Source: Rhizodiscina lignyota (taxonomy: Eukaryota). Taken from it: a stretch of 64,000 nt of DNA. The notes under the pieces are model-generated. The model made no database searches and was not told the origin of the DNA. It saw only the letters and a program-made list of their open reading frames with translations. The stretch spans positions 806,001 to 870,000 of the forward strand of contig ML978121.1 of assembly GCA_010015805.1 (NCBI GenBank), read 5' to 3'. This document shows, in pieces, positions 12,024 through 24,486 of the stretch; the stretch's first letter is position 1, and each line of letters begins with the position of its first letter. The translations under genes were made by a program, and so were the position numbers.

Positions 12024-14070
12024 ATGGGGCTGCTTGATAGGTTCTCCAAGAAGTCTTCCGAGCCCACCAACGGTGCGGCGCCCGCGCCCCGTACCGGGCG
12101 TCGTGGGCTGGGATGGAGCCTCACTGTACACTTTGATGAGAGCAATCCAAACTCCGAAACCATCGGAGCTCGGAGCAAATCGTTGTCCCACCTCGATTAC
12201 TCCCCTCTCCCACGCATTACAAGGCAGTCCTTCTTCATGGGCGTCTTAGTCTCCATGGGTGGCTTTGTGTAAGTGCATAGTATGACACGGTAGAAACATT
12301 CTAATATGCTACAGCTTCGGGTACGACACTGGCCAGATCTCCGGCTTTCTGGCGATGCCAGACTTCCTGGAGCGCTTCGGTCAATTCAGCGAGGCCAAGG
12401 GCGGCTTCTACTTCAGCAATGTCAGATCTGGTCTCATTGTCGGTATGCTTAGTATCGGTACTCTGATCGGCGCTCTTGTCGGTGGTCCGATTGCGGACTG
12501 GATCGGAAGGCGTCTGAGCATTTCTTTCTGGTGCATCATTCTATCCATCGGATTCATCGTTCAAATCTCAGCCGACCACCATTGGTATCAGGTGATGATG
12601 GGAGTAAGTAATCAGTAAACGGGCAATCTTGGTCAGTTACTAATGCGTTGACAGCGCTGGGTGTCCGGTCTTGGCGTTGGAGCTCTGAGTTTGCTTGTTC
12701 CAATGTATCAAGCTGAGACTGCTCCTCGTTACATCCGTGGCGCTTTGATCTCAACATACCAGTTTTTAATCACCCTTGGTATCTTTTTGGCCGCTTGCTT
12801 CAACTTCGGCACTTACGAGCACCAGCGTAACAACTCTGGGTCCTGGCGTATCTCTATCGGCCTTGGTTGGGTATTCGCGGCCATCCTTGGTTTCGGCATC
12901 TTGGCTTTCCCCGAGACTCCTCGTTTTGACTACCGACGTGGGCGTACCGATGTCGCCAAAAGGACTATGGAGAAGGTCTACGGTGCCCCGCCAAACCATA
13001 TCGCCATCTTTACCGAACTTGAAGAGATTGAAGCTAAGCTGCGGGCTGAGGTGAACCGTGGGAGCACCATTCGAGAATGGTACGACATGTTCTTCGCTCC
13101 GAGGATGGGTTACCGTATTCTGCTTGGTGTCGTGCTGCAGATGTTCCAACAGCTCACTGGCGCCAACTACTTCTTCTACTATGGTACTGTCATCTTCCAG
13201 GCCACTGGTATCAACAACAGCTTTGTGACCCAGATGATTCTTAATGGTATCAACTTCGGCGTCACGCCTATCGGTATCTACCTTGTCGAAGCTGCCGGTC
13301 GCCGTGTTTCTCTCATCATTGGAAGCGTGTGGATGTTCTTGATGTTCCTGATCTTCGCATCGTGCGGTAAGCCTGGCAGACCTCAGCACATTTTTATGGG
13401 CGCCTTACTGACAATGTAACAGGTCATTTCTCTCTCGACCGCCAGCACCCCCAGAACACTGAATCAACTGGTACTGCTATGATTGTCATCGCGTCCTTGT
13501 TCATTCTTGGCTTCGCTACCACTTGGGTAAGCATATGATCCTCATACGGTACTTTGAATCAATGATACTGACTTGGGCGCCAAGGGACCTATGATCTGGA
13601 CCATCTGTGGCGAGCTATACCCGTCTCGCTACCGTGCCAAGGGCATGGCTCTGTCCACTGCCTCCAACTGGCTCTGGAACTTCCTGCTCGCCTTCTTCAC
13701 TCCTTTCATTGTCTCAGCCATCGACTTCCGCTATGGATATGTCTTTGCCGCTTGCAACTTCCTTGGCGGTTTGATCATCTACTTCTTCGTCCTTGAAGGC
13801 CAAGGCCGCACTCTTGAAGAGCTTGATACCATGTACATCGAGGGCGTCCTCCCATGGAAGAGCAAGAACTGGGTTGCTCCGCCGCCAGATGAAATTGCGC
13901 GCATCAGGAAGGCCGCTGGAACCCATGATGGGCTCGATGCGGAGAATGGACAGATCAACCCTGCCGATCTTGGAATGACCAATGGGCATACCAATGGCGA
14001 CACTGATGGCATCAATGGAGCGGAGAAGAAGGAAGAGACAAATGGGCACAAGGAGGAGACGGATGTCTAA
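12024..14070 (+). CDS. MFS hexose (sugar porter) transporter
   Basis: GGFVFGYDTGQISG, DWIGRR, PETPR, QQLTGANYFFYYG and ELYPSRYRAKG sugar-porter motifs; four introns; TATAAA at about 11922. Confidence 0.95.
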
Positions 14071-14621
14071 GTCATCTTAGACGGACATGAAACTCCGAGC
14101 TATTCGAGATGTTGTGCGTGAAAGGGTTAATGTGGTGGATGTGGTTAAGCCTGAGTTGGGAGTGTCTGCGAATTCTGGAAATAATACATGATACCAAGTT
14201 GCAACTATACTCACAATAATGACATAATATTCTTGTTTAAAGTTCTGGTGTCAGATTTATTTCATTTGGACTGAGGGTGCGAGGGGAGGGTGGAATGGGG
14301 TTCTGTGGCTAGCCAATCAGAGCTGAGCTAATGCGGTTCTGTTTTGGAGCTTTAAATGGCTTCGCGACACGAGCCATCAACAACTCCACCAGGCACTTTC
14401 TTGACGCGTTATACTTCACTTTCTCTGCCGCGCCCGAACTCGCTGCAAGCTCCCTATACTGTGAAAGCATACGCGTGCGTCTTTCAATTTAAGTATTTCC
14501 TCTGCCATCCTGTCGAGGCGTGCAGTCAGAGCTCCACCCCGCCGCGGCGGGTCTCTCATCATCAATTGAGCCTTGCGCGTACGCGGTTATTTCCAACACC
14601 AACGACCTCAGAAACCCCAAG

Positions 14622-16993
14622 ATGGCTCGAGCATCGTCCATAAACTCAGACGGCACGTCGTCGACGCGTTCCAACATCAATGTCAGACCTCTTCATCTGC
14701 TTGAGAGCTCACCACCTCCGAGCGATGAGCTGCTCGGCGCGTCAAACACTCCCCCGACGAGCCTTGATCCCACTCCCAGCATTGCCTCCGACCCACTCAA
14801 GTCTTCGGACGCCGTTCCAGCACCACCAATCCTCGATCAATCCACGGCAACATCACGTAGCCGGCGCACCGTTTCTCTGAAAGTGGGTGCATATAACTTG
14901 AAAAGGCTGTCGGGGACAGATGTCCACACTCCGAACAAGTACCTGAAGACGCAGTCCAAAACGGAAGCAAAGGCAGAATCCAAATCGGAGTCAAAGGCAG
15001 AATCAAAGACGGCATCTCAACCTGCACCTGCGCGAACAAATGGTACCGTCAGCCTTAAAGGCAAGCTCTATGCAACTCTCGACAATTGGTTCTCTGCCCA
15101 GCCGCGTCAGTCCCCGGCCGATGATGCTGCCGAGTCGCGTGAGGATGACGCTGACGATGAGGTCCCGGCTCGTCCACAGCAATCAGCCAGGCCTTCCAAG
15201 CGCAAAAGACAAGGGGATGAGCGTTCGATACCTGATTCTGAGGAAGAGAGGGTGAAGACGTCTGTAACGATATCTCTCGAGGAAGCTGTTTTGATGGATG
15301 TGGACAACGACAACGACACCATTACAGTATCTCCAATGCGCAGTGTTTCCAATAAGCAGAAGGCCAAATTACAGGAGGACGAGCAAAAGCCACCCGAGAA
15401 TACAGAGAATCGACGTGCTAGCAAACGATTCAAGCCCGCCGTCACGGCTTCAGCGTCGCCAAGTCGTAAGACTCGCACGAGTGTACACAAAGTTACTACG
15501 TTGAGTCCTTCTGGTGCATCACCGGCCAAGCCAAAAGAGGCAGAAACATCTGGAACTAACGTCCGGCGCACTTCAGGACGACTCCAGGAAGTTGTCGCCT
15601 CTAGCCCTAAGCGAAGCACCCGACAGACCCAGAAAGAGATTGCTTCAGCGGCCAAGGGCAAGGGAAAGGGTCGCCTTGAAGAAGTTGCCGCTGGCAAAGA
15701 ATCCGAAGACTCAACCAATGATGCCCTGAAACCGACTTCTCAACAAGGCGCAAAGTCAAAGTTCGCAAAGGAAATGAAGACTCGCGGCAAGTTCTTCAGT
15801 GGCGAGTCTACTGATGAAGTTTTCCCGTTGCCAAATTCCTTCTTTATGGGCAGATTCGGTCCGGATGAAGGCACCTGGACCGACCTGAAGCAATCACGCG
15901 GATTCAAGCTTGGTGTCGAAGTCTTCAATCCTCAGGAGAGCAGTTTTGTTCGCGAAGGCAAGGACTGGGCAGTTACTAGGGGCGCGAAGAATGTGTTCGC
16001 TGGCGACGCCAAGAAGACCTGGAACAAGAACGAGTACACGAAGTTGCCAGACTCGAAGTGTCTATGCAAGCCTGAGTCTGGTTGCGATGAAAACTGTCTT
16101 AATCGCATTATGGAGTATGAGTGCGACGATACGAATTGCCCGATTGGAGCCGCCCATTGCAAAAACCGGCCGTTCTACGAACTGTCAAAGCGACTGGAGA
16201 AGGCAGAAGCGGTCAACAACCGTCAGAAGGAGCAGGAGAGGGTCAAGGCAGAAGCAGAAAAGCGCAGGCCAAAGTATGCTGCTATGTGTATGAGCTTCGA
16301 GCAAGGTGTCGAGGTCTTCGAGACGAAGGGCAAAGGATTTGGTGTTCGTGCACAGCGCTCGTTCGCATCGGGCCAGATCATCATGGAATACTTCGGCGAG
16401 ATTATTGACGCGGAAGAGAGGGATCATAGGATGGCAACAGTCTACAAGGACTCTTCCGTACGTCCTTGCACTCCAACTTGTTTTATGATTGCTTTTACTA
16501 ATTGAGTCAGGACTTCTACATGATGGAGTTTCACAACGGCTTCATTCTCGATGCCACTAAAGGCAGCATGTGCCGCTTTGTGAACCACAGCTGCGAACCA
16601 AACTGCGAGATCCGCAAGATGTACGTCCGCAACGGTACCGACAAGAAATCCAATATGGAGCCTCGCATGGCACTGTTTGCGTTAGAGGGCGGAATCAGAG
16701 TGGGCGAGGAGTTGACGTACGACTACAACTTTGAGTATGTATCTACCCCCCAGTATATTTGAGCAGTCTTACTAAACTTAGCCCGAAGTCCCTTCTCTAT
16801 ACGAAACGCTCAGAAGTGTCTCTGCGGCTCGGCGAAGTGCCGGGGCATCCTGGGTCCGCGCCCGCCAAAGGAGAGGGCAAAGGCAGAGGTAGTGACGAAG
16901 AAGGCTACCGCCGTCAAGCAAACGAAGAACGGAGTGATCGCGTCCAGAGTCGAAAAGAAGGTCAAGACGACGTCACTACGCCGTCGCTCATGA
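14622..16993 (+). CDS. Ash1-like histone-lysine N-methyltransferase (AWS-SET-postSET, H3K36 type)
   Basis: Long low-complexity N-terminus, AWS (CLCKPESGCDENCLNR..ECDDTNC), SET (KGFGVRA, RFVNHSCEPNC, GEELTYDYNF) and postSET (CLCGSAKCRG); two introns. Confidence 0.88.
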
Positions 16994-17546
16994 TTCACGC
17001 CATGAAGTAATTGGAGATGCCCCCGGTTTTCTCCGCCTTCTGGTCTGAGCGTCACTTCGCATCACTCTCTACGAACGACTTGTCGCAACATATCTTTCTC
17101 GATCGACTGGTTCTCTTTTGGTTTGGTGTTTGATTTCCGTTTTTGAGCTGAGTTAGTCACACGGCCAAGGATCTTTGAGTACACGTCGGACAGTGCTGTG
17201 TGCAAGCACCAAGTTATGAGACGATTTCGAGCATGGCATTCCTTTTTGGGTTTCTGTTTAATTTCATGTCCTTCGATAGGGTTGGTCACTGCGTTTTGCA
17301 TAGCAAGGAGGCTGCATGGCAATTGGGTAATGTCTTTACTTGCGTTCTTGATTCAATAATGCTCTCCTCAGGCGTATTCCCCTTCACAACATACCCCTTC
17401 AACATGCTCAGCGTTGGTCTTGTTTACTGTAATGATTGCTTTGCAATTTCCGAATAGCATTGGGGCAATACACATGATGGATGACGATCAACGTCAGCAT
17501 AGTCGAGCACTGAACTTTCTTGTAATTCAACAGAGCACTGAATCTC

Positions 17547-18853
17547 CTACTTGAACTCAACGAACTTGCTTACATCTGTCCCAAGTTCTGGTGGCTTTGC
17601 ATTCGGGCCTGCCTTCATCGCCTTGAACATTGGATGCCTGTCTGGTAGTGAATCTGTGTCTGGGTCTTGAAATGCCCAGTAAGCGGCTCGCGACATGGGA
17701 TCGACAACTTTTAAGAACATGTTCCGTCGGGCGTCTGACCACTTGTCGAGTAAAGAATCTGACGCATCACGCTGGACGATCGAGACGAGTGCGTCTGCCA
17801 GGGACGACGCGTCGAAGATACCCGTATTGAGGCCCATACCAGCATATGGATTGGTCACTATTACTTCGTTAGCAGTCAAAGCAAAAGAGACGATTTCTTG
17901 TCGTTGGACGAGGCCTCACAATGTGCTGCATCTCCAACCAACACGACCGACCTCTTCCTCATTGTCTTCGCACACAACTGCTGTGCTTTGTAAGGCGCTA
18001 TTTGGACCAACTTCCATCCTTCGGGTTTCTTTCCCGGCTCAGACGGTAGCATCTTCTCAAACTTCCTTGGAACCGCAGATTCGATCTCGTTCATGCTCAG
18101 TCCCTCCTTCCGTGACCCTTCCCCAGAGTCCTTATTCAACTGCAGCCCGAATGAGCATCTCCAAAGTCCCTTCCCATCAATCGGGGTAATGAGCCCATAA
18201 TCCTGTGGATCCGCAAAAAAGTTTGCGTCCGTCGCACTCCAGCCAAACTTCTCAAACGGATAATACAGATCTGTCGCGACCAACTGCGCTGGGAGAGTCT
18301 CGCCCTCAAACTCAATCCCCGCGGCCTTTCTCACTGCGCTCTTGCCCCCGTCTGCAGCAACAAGAAATCTTGCGTCGAAAGTTTTCTTCACACCGTCGTC
18401 ACTTGATACATCAACGTGCACCCTGCTTCCCTCCTGCGCTCTCACGCTTTCAAATCGATGACCGAACAGGACCTGCGCTCCGGCCCTTTGCGAATGCTTG
18501 AGCAGAATCTTGCAAAAGTGGCCTTGCGGTAGCAAGCACGGCCCCGGCTTTCCAGGCGGAATAGGTAATTTTGTAATGACGCTCTTGTCGCTCGTTCTTC
18601 TGAAATAGGCGCTCGTGCTCCGCAGCTCTCCCGCTGCATTCAAAACGTCGTCAAGAATGCCGGCGCGTTTGAAGTCAGGATAGATTGTCGGCATATGTGT
18701 TAGAGCTTTCGTAGAATCATCGAGACCTGAGTTGGCTTCGATGACTGTCACAGGCACCCCTGACTGGGAGAGGCGCAGGGCGAGGAAGAGGCCTACGGGG
18801 CCGGCGCCGATAATGAGAACGGGAGTCTCATTTTTGCTGGTGTCGATTGCCAT
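17547..18853 (-). CDS. FAD-dependent monooxygenase (UbiH/PheA-like)
   Basis: GAGPVG, ADGGKSAVR, LVGDAAH / NPYAGMGLNTGIFDA motifs; one intron near 17860-17916. Confidence 0.9.
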
Positions 18854-19461
18854 ATTGGAGGAACACAAAAGATGCTAATCGGAAACTGAAATGGAGAAGG
18901 GAATTGTCGAGAAGAGGTCGACCATTTGGATAATATCGTTCACGACAAGTAGGTAGCGCACAATGCAACTAGCACTCCGTCCGATACGGAAGTTCAAACG
19001 CGAATCTTGTATGGAGGGACTGTGCTAACTTTGATTAGAAAATGCTTGCGCAGAATAGGAAAAATGGCTATATTAAAAGTGCGAAGGCGTAATGTAAGGC
19101 ATCTTGTTCTAGTTAGATGAATTACTATATCGCCTTAGCTGGAGTTGCGGAGACCCGGGTGGAACAGATCGTCAGGCATGTTGCCGGAGGACGATAAATC
19201 TATTTGCGGCGGCGGTGAGAGTCAAGGCACCAGGGATCAATTGAATTTCACGAATTTTTATTCGTCTTTAAAGATATTGTGAACTCCGAAAGTGCTTCAA
19301 TGCAGCACAACTTGCCGCTCACACCGAAGCATTGCCCATGATTTTCCATCCGTACACTCTAGGAGTACGCCACTTTTTCCTGCAGAAGCATTTCAGAGAC
19401 TGTCCTTGAATATTCACGTTTTCACTCCTCCAACACCGATGTAATTGAATCCGGTCCTCGC

Positions 19462-21159
19462 TCAATAATCATCAATATCATCAATATCATCTAGCAACCC
19501 CAACTTTTCCATCAGAGACTTGGGCACCTTAATGTCGCCGACCTCAATCTGTTCTTCGGACTCAGTCCCTCCTTCGGTATGCCATTCTGCCGATGTCACA
19601 CCGTTCGTCGAGGCATGCTGAGATCCCTCAGAAGCCGATTGCACGGCTTCAAATTCCGTCTCTGCAGCATTGCCTGAGGCTTGCACTCTCGTTTCTTCTT
19701 CTCCGTTGATCGAAGGCGCCGCAGCTTGTTGCTCGCTTGTAGTAGTGTCCGCAGTGATGCCATTGGGATAGAGGTGATCGAACATTCCAGGGAAGGGCTT
19801 GCTCCTCTGCTCCTCTGAGCCATCGCCTTGGACGTCGGCATGTTCAGCCCCCAGAGTTTCCTCAGCACCATTCTCCTCATCTTCAGTCCCAGCAACCGCA
19901 CCTGTCCAAGTCACCTCGATCTCAGGGTTCTCATAGGAAGTTTGGTCGGCAACTTCATCAAACCAATCTAGCACGTCCTTGTACATAGCCGGGAAGACAG
20001 CCTCGCCCCAAATGACATTGCCAGCAGAGAATACAGGCTGAGTCACGGCACTCATGTCATCTTTGGTTAGCTGTTGCTTCTCGGGAACAGCGATCGGTGT
20101 TCCAGCTGGAGCTTCGGAAGTCATCCACGCACGGCACCGTCGCTCAAGGAAACTGTTGAACTCAGGGTTCTCGAAAGTAGATGCAGAGTGACGTGGTTCC
20201 ATGAGCGCAATCGCCGCAACTCTCGGAGCGTAATCAGCCCAGTTATCGTTCAGGTATTGAAGGAATAGATCTCCACGCGCTTGCATCCCAATGATATAGA
20301 GCTCTGCATCCGGTGCGACCAGGTCAGGATTATCAACGACGTGCTTGAACACAGATACTACATGCTCTTCAGCAGTGGTATGACCGACTATGTAGTTTGA
20401 CTCGGGATCGACCGAGATAGGATAGTGCACGAGTGATGGAACAGGTCGAGCATTCCAACTGTGGCGGCTCATCGCTCGGTTGAGATCATGTGAATAGAGG
20501 AGCTGGCCGGGATTCAGGATGATGACGCCGGGCGTGCTTGATGTGTCCAGTGAATCTGGGGAGAGTTTCTCTGATCCATTGCTTGCATCGTTCAATACCT
20601 CAGCAACACCATTTTGCGATTGACCTGAGGGGTAATCAATGCTCCAGGCGCGACCTGCGAGCTCTTGAACGAAAGAAGTGAGAGAGCCATTGTTGATACC
20701 ACCATCAGAACAGATTGTGCGATATGAGAGAATACCTAGATCCTGCATCTCATCATTGATGATGACCACGATACGCTTTTGCATGCATAGAGTATCTGGC
20801 GGCGTCGTATAGATTGGTACATGAGGTCCGTTTGGTCTCTTCGTTGTCAAGTGCGGTAGATAGAGCGATTGAATGCCGAGCCGTCTCATTCGCTTGCGGA
20901 CTTCTTCGCGAATCCAAGCTGTTGCAGTGAGTCGTCAGCGCTGCACCTTTGGGAACGAGCTGGAAGAAGTCGTACAGTTCATCGCCTCGCAGTAGACTTC
21001 GTTGTAGCGATCATTGTTTGTGATTGCATATCTGAACCTCTGATCCGGCTTCTTGACCTTACAGATCCGATCTTTGTCGTCGACGAAGAACCCAAGTTTC
21101 CCAATGTCTGCTGGGAATTTCGGATCCTCGGGCAGACCGGAAATCAGACGTCGGAACAT
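19462..21159 (-). CDS. Arb2-domain (FAM172-like) protein
   Basis: MFRRLISGLPEDPKFPADIGKLGFF...NDRYNE start, VIINDEMQDLGILSYR and PGVIILNPGQL are typical of fungal Arb2-like proteins; acidic tail; one intron near 20918-20974. Confidence 0.8.
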
Positions 21160-21698
21160 ATCGACAGTCTACGCGTGCTTTGCCCTGATTCTGAGAGAAG
21201 TACCGGGTAGTGTGGTAGGAGTTACGCGTGATGCCGACTGCAAAGATTCGAAGAAAGGTACGAGTTTGAGAAGAAATCCTTGAGCTACCTCAACCTAGTC
21301 AGGGAAGATTTGAGAGTTTAGGTTGTAAGTTAAAGCCTGGACGTTTTTCAGTTTTGTTGTTTGTAAGGTAGAAAATTTAAAAGGGAAATTGCGGCCTGTT
21401 GATGCTGCCAAGAGTTTTCTTCCCGCCGCTACGAAGTGAGGCGATTGAGCAGAGGATCTGTAGAGTGAAGAAGGAGAAAAAGTCAACCAAGGATAGATAG
21501 TTGGGACCTCATTTAACTTGATCTCCATGCGTAGCCGCATCATGTAAGGGGTATCACCCTAATCTTACACGTCACATTTATGTACAATGCCGCGCATCCA
21601 AACGCCACAAAATGCTGTCTTGAGATCTATCTTAGCGCCATCATATGAAAGATCTTGTACCCTGTCTTGGGTGTGGTCGTTGTGCCCCGTACCAATCG

Positions 21699-22209
21699 CT
21701 ACCAGCTCGCCTTTTTCACCCCAGGTATGTTGCCAGCCAAAGCATTCAGTCGAAATTGAAACTGCACAGCATAGGTCAGCACAAAAGTGTCTCTCGCCCA
21801 ATTGTGTAGATAACCATACTCTAGACATTCGGAAGTCGCCTAATATTCCTTTACCTCTACCAGCCATTATACATCTGTTCTTGATCTGTGTCGGGCGCGT
21901 GTAGCAGTGCATTTGAGTGAGTTGGAGTTGCGCCTGGGCGCGCATTCGTTGAGGAAGCGATGTATTGCGAATTATGTATCGGAGCGCTTGTCTGTGGATC
22001 CCATTGTTAGCTCATGTAACGAGGAAAGACACGAAGATGGGATTATGAGCTTGCTGGCACGAATTGAGATCAGCATCGTACCTCTGCGGCTCGACTTTCT
22101 CGAAGACCTTCCGCTTCGTGTGGTCTCGGAGTACCAAAGTGTTGACGAAGCAACCAAGGTCGAGCTTCTTCGACCTGAAAGGTGCGAATTTCGATACTTT
22201 CGGTGCCAT
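21699..22209 (-). CDS. MRP2: Mitochondrial 37S ribosomal protein uS14m (MRP2)
   Basis: FRSKKLDLG..RDHTKRK, TQIKNRCIMAGRGKG..FRMSR/FQFRLNALAGNIPGVKKASW; two introns. Confidence 0.93.
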
Positions 22210-22566
22210 GGCGATCCTCTGCGTATGTAACTGCGTTATGTAGCCGTGCGTCGTCAATGAGGAAAGTTGAAGATTGGACGACGGCTTATATAAGCGAGCT
22301 GATGCATGTGGTGCGCTAATTTCGTATGGAGCAAAAAAGTCCAAACTTCGCAAGCAACTCTCTTCGACTTACCCCATAAATCGAGGACGAAAAATGCTGT
22401 ACTCGACTGTGTTATCGATGTGGGTTCGTGGTGTTCTTCCTCGGAGTTGCAGCTCACGTTTCTATGTTAGATATCTTTGTGGAGCCGGCCTTTTTGAAGC
22501 ATGATTTTTCATTCGAAGCACATCCCAAACATCGTATTCTCCTAGAACGTCAAGTGCTGTTCTACA

Positions 22567-24486
22567 ATGTCGGACGACATATTTTCAATCAGAGATATTA
22601 AAGATATCGTTCTCTCATTCCCAGTGCATTCAAACTGGAACACAGAACCACACGATGCAGACCTTGTTCCTGCGGCTGACGGAGACGGACTGGTCTTGAA
22701 GACTATTGTACTGAACGCACTCGATGACCTCACCCAAACGACAAGCCGACGCATGTCCATGCGAGATTTAAGCGATACTCTCGATGTCGACATCAATATC
22801 CTCGACGAAATCCTTGATTTGTCTGAGAAATCTCCATGTTACTCTATCGACGGGAAGAGCTTGATTTTCATGCCGGAAGTTCACGAGCTTCTCGCGGAGC
22901 TCACTTCGAAAGCCCGAGAAGTGTTTGTGGAGGTCCAGGAATTCTGCAGGATAGCAGATATCTCGCAGCACAATCTTCTCCATCAAATCAGATTGCGAAA
23001 TGTCGAAAGCGAATATCGTCTTGGCACTGTCAAATGGTCAAATGGAGCCGGACCGAAAGCTGACTTATACATTTTCACGGATTCTCTGATGTCTACAGCG
23101 AAAGGACAAATCGCGGCCTCAGTAAAAGAAGCCCTTCAAGAAGCAAAACGTGTCGTATGGTCTAGAAAAATGATGTACGGCCTTGGCGCAACATCGTTCA
23201 CGAATCTGGTCCAAAAAGTTGCACACGATCAGATCGAGAATGGCCGTGACGAAGCATGGGCTATGGCCACAGATGACAATGACAACGTTATCTTCACGCC
23301 AGAAGCCAGCATTGCCAAAGCCAGAGATGACAGGATCGAAGCTGTGCGAACCAAAATCAAAGACTTAGACGAAAACAAGCGGGAGTTCTTCAGCATTGCT
23401 GAACTTGCGGCAGAAGCCCCAGACCTGTTCCAGGATTCCCGTTCAACGATATATGCTATGCAAGATGAGCTTCGTGGCTCGAACTCTGTCATCCTCCTTG
23501 GCGAATTTGCGGTGTCTAAGTCTTTTGTACTGCAGGCTGCATCTGTCCTCTCTTCCAAAATCCAGCAATCAGCCAATGATGCATGGGATGCCTATGCAGC
23601 TTCCCCAACAACAGTGTCGTACCCAACTGCATCTTCGACGATTTCTTTAAGAGAGCAATCAAAACTATCGGACGATAGCAAGGTTCCTGAAGAGCTCGTT
23701 CGTGTCATATTCGATACCGAGGTCGCCAAAACCGCCAAAGCAGCCTACAACGCACGTATTGCACAACTGGACGCCGAAGATGAAAATCTCTTTGCCGAGG
23801 CCTGGAGAGATGAGATTATGCTGCGAGTGCAACTCTACCATCGCGCAGTCCAAAGCCTTGAGGGAGGAAAATTACGATCGGAGCTCACGAGTTTGCTCAA
23901 TATTTATATGACGAAGGATCTCTTGCCCAGTTCGTTTATGGAAGTGGCGCGGAAAAGCGAGCAAGAATCGAGTAACGGATCTCGAAGCTTCGTTCGCATC
24001 GACCCGATGACAGGAAAGCGAGCACCTAAGTTCTATGGCAAGCGTCTAGTTCCGGCGACGGAGAAGCTTAAGACGCAATGCGAAGCTTTCGAAGAATCCG
24101 AAGATGCGGAGGCTGACCTCCAGCGCATTAGGACGGCTATGGAAGCGTTTGCCGCGAAATTCGGGATTGACTCGGTAACGGATGATGATCTCACAGGCAA
24201 GAAGCAAGCATTTCTCCAAGATATGTCAGAGAAACTAGACCCAACAAAAGCTGGAAAAGATAAAGATGGCTCAACTCTATTCCTCGCTGTCGTCTTGATC
24301 CTTATCGCTAGACATAACCAGGGATTGCTGTACGCGACTGGGCGATTTGTTCCAAGATTGCTGAAGCTTCTCAAGCCGTCTATTGGCGAGGCCCAGTACG
24401 AGCGGCTGCAAGTGCTGAAAGAGGAGGTTAAGAAAGGATTCCTAACGCCCGAGCAACGGGAGGAACTCGTCGCGATGGTCGTTTAG
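22567..24486 (+). CDS. Putative UFL1 (E3 UFM1-protein ligase 1)-like protein
   Basis: Intronless 639-aa ORF. The N-terminal winged-helix-like segments and the C-terminal LFLAVVLILIA..LLYATGRFVPRLLKLLKPSIGEAQYERL resemble UFL1 motifs recalled from memory; see findings. Confidence 0.7.
   Translation: MSDDIFSIRDIKDIVLSFPVHSNWNTEPHDADLVPAADGDGLVLKTIVLNALDDLTQTTSRRMSMRDLSDTLDVDINILDEILDLSEKSPCYSIDGKSLIFMPEVHELLAELTSKAREVFVEVQEFCRIADISQHNLLHQIRLRNVESEYRLGTVKWSNGAGPKADLYIFTDSLMSTAKGQIAASVKEALQEAKRVVWSRKMMYGLGATSFTNLVQKVAHDQIENGRDEAWAMATDDNDNVIFTPEASIAKARDDRIEAVRTKIKDLDENKREFFSIAELAAEAPDLFQDSRSTIYAMQDELRGSNSVILLGEFAVSKSFVLQAASVLSSKIQQSANDAWDAYAASPTTVSYPTASSTISLREQSKLSDDSKVPEELVRVIFDTEVAKTAKAAYNARIAQLDAEDENLFAEAWRDEIMLRVQLYHRAVQSLEGGKLRSELTSLLNIYMTKDLLPSSFMEVARKSEQESSNGSRSFVRIDPMTGKRAPKFYGKRLVPATEKLKTQCEAFEESEDAEADLQRIRTAMEAFAAKFGIDSVTDDDLTGKKQAFLQDMSEKLDPTKAGKDKDGSTLFLAVVLILIARHNQGLLYATGRFVPRLLKLLKPSIGEAQYERLQVLKEEVKKGFLTPEQREELVAMVV

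Noticed and set aside
14955..15010. Imperfect 12-nt repeats encoding KAES/KSES in the SET gene
   Set aside because: Ordinary coding low-complexity repeat, not a CRISPR array or minisatellite system.
14622..21159. Ash1-like SET and Arb2-domain genes as a silencing cluster
   Set aside because: Separated by an unrelated monooxygenase; proximity alone is not evidence.
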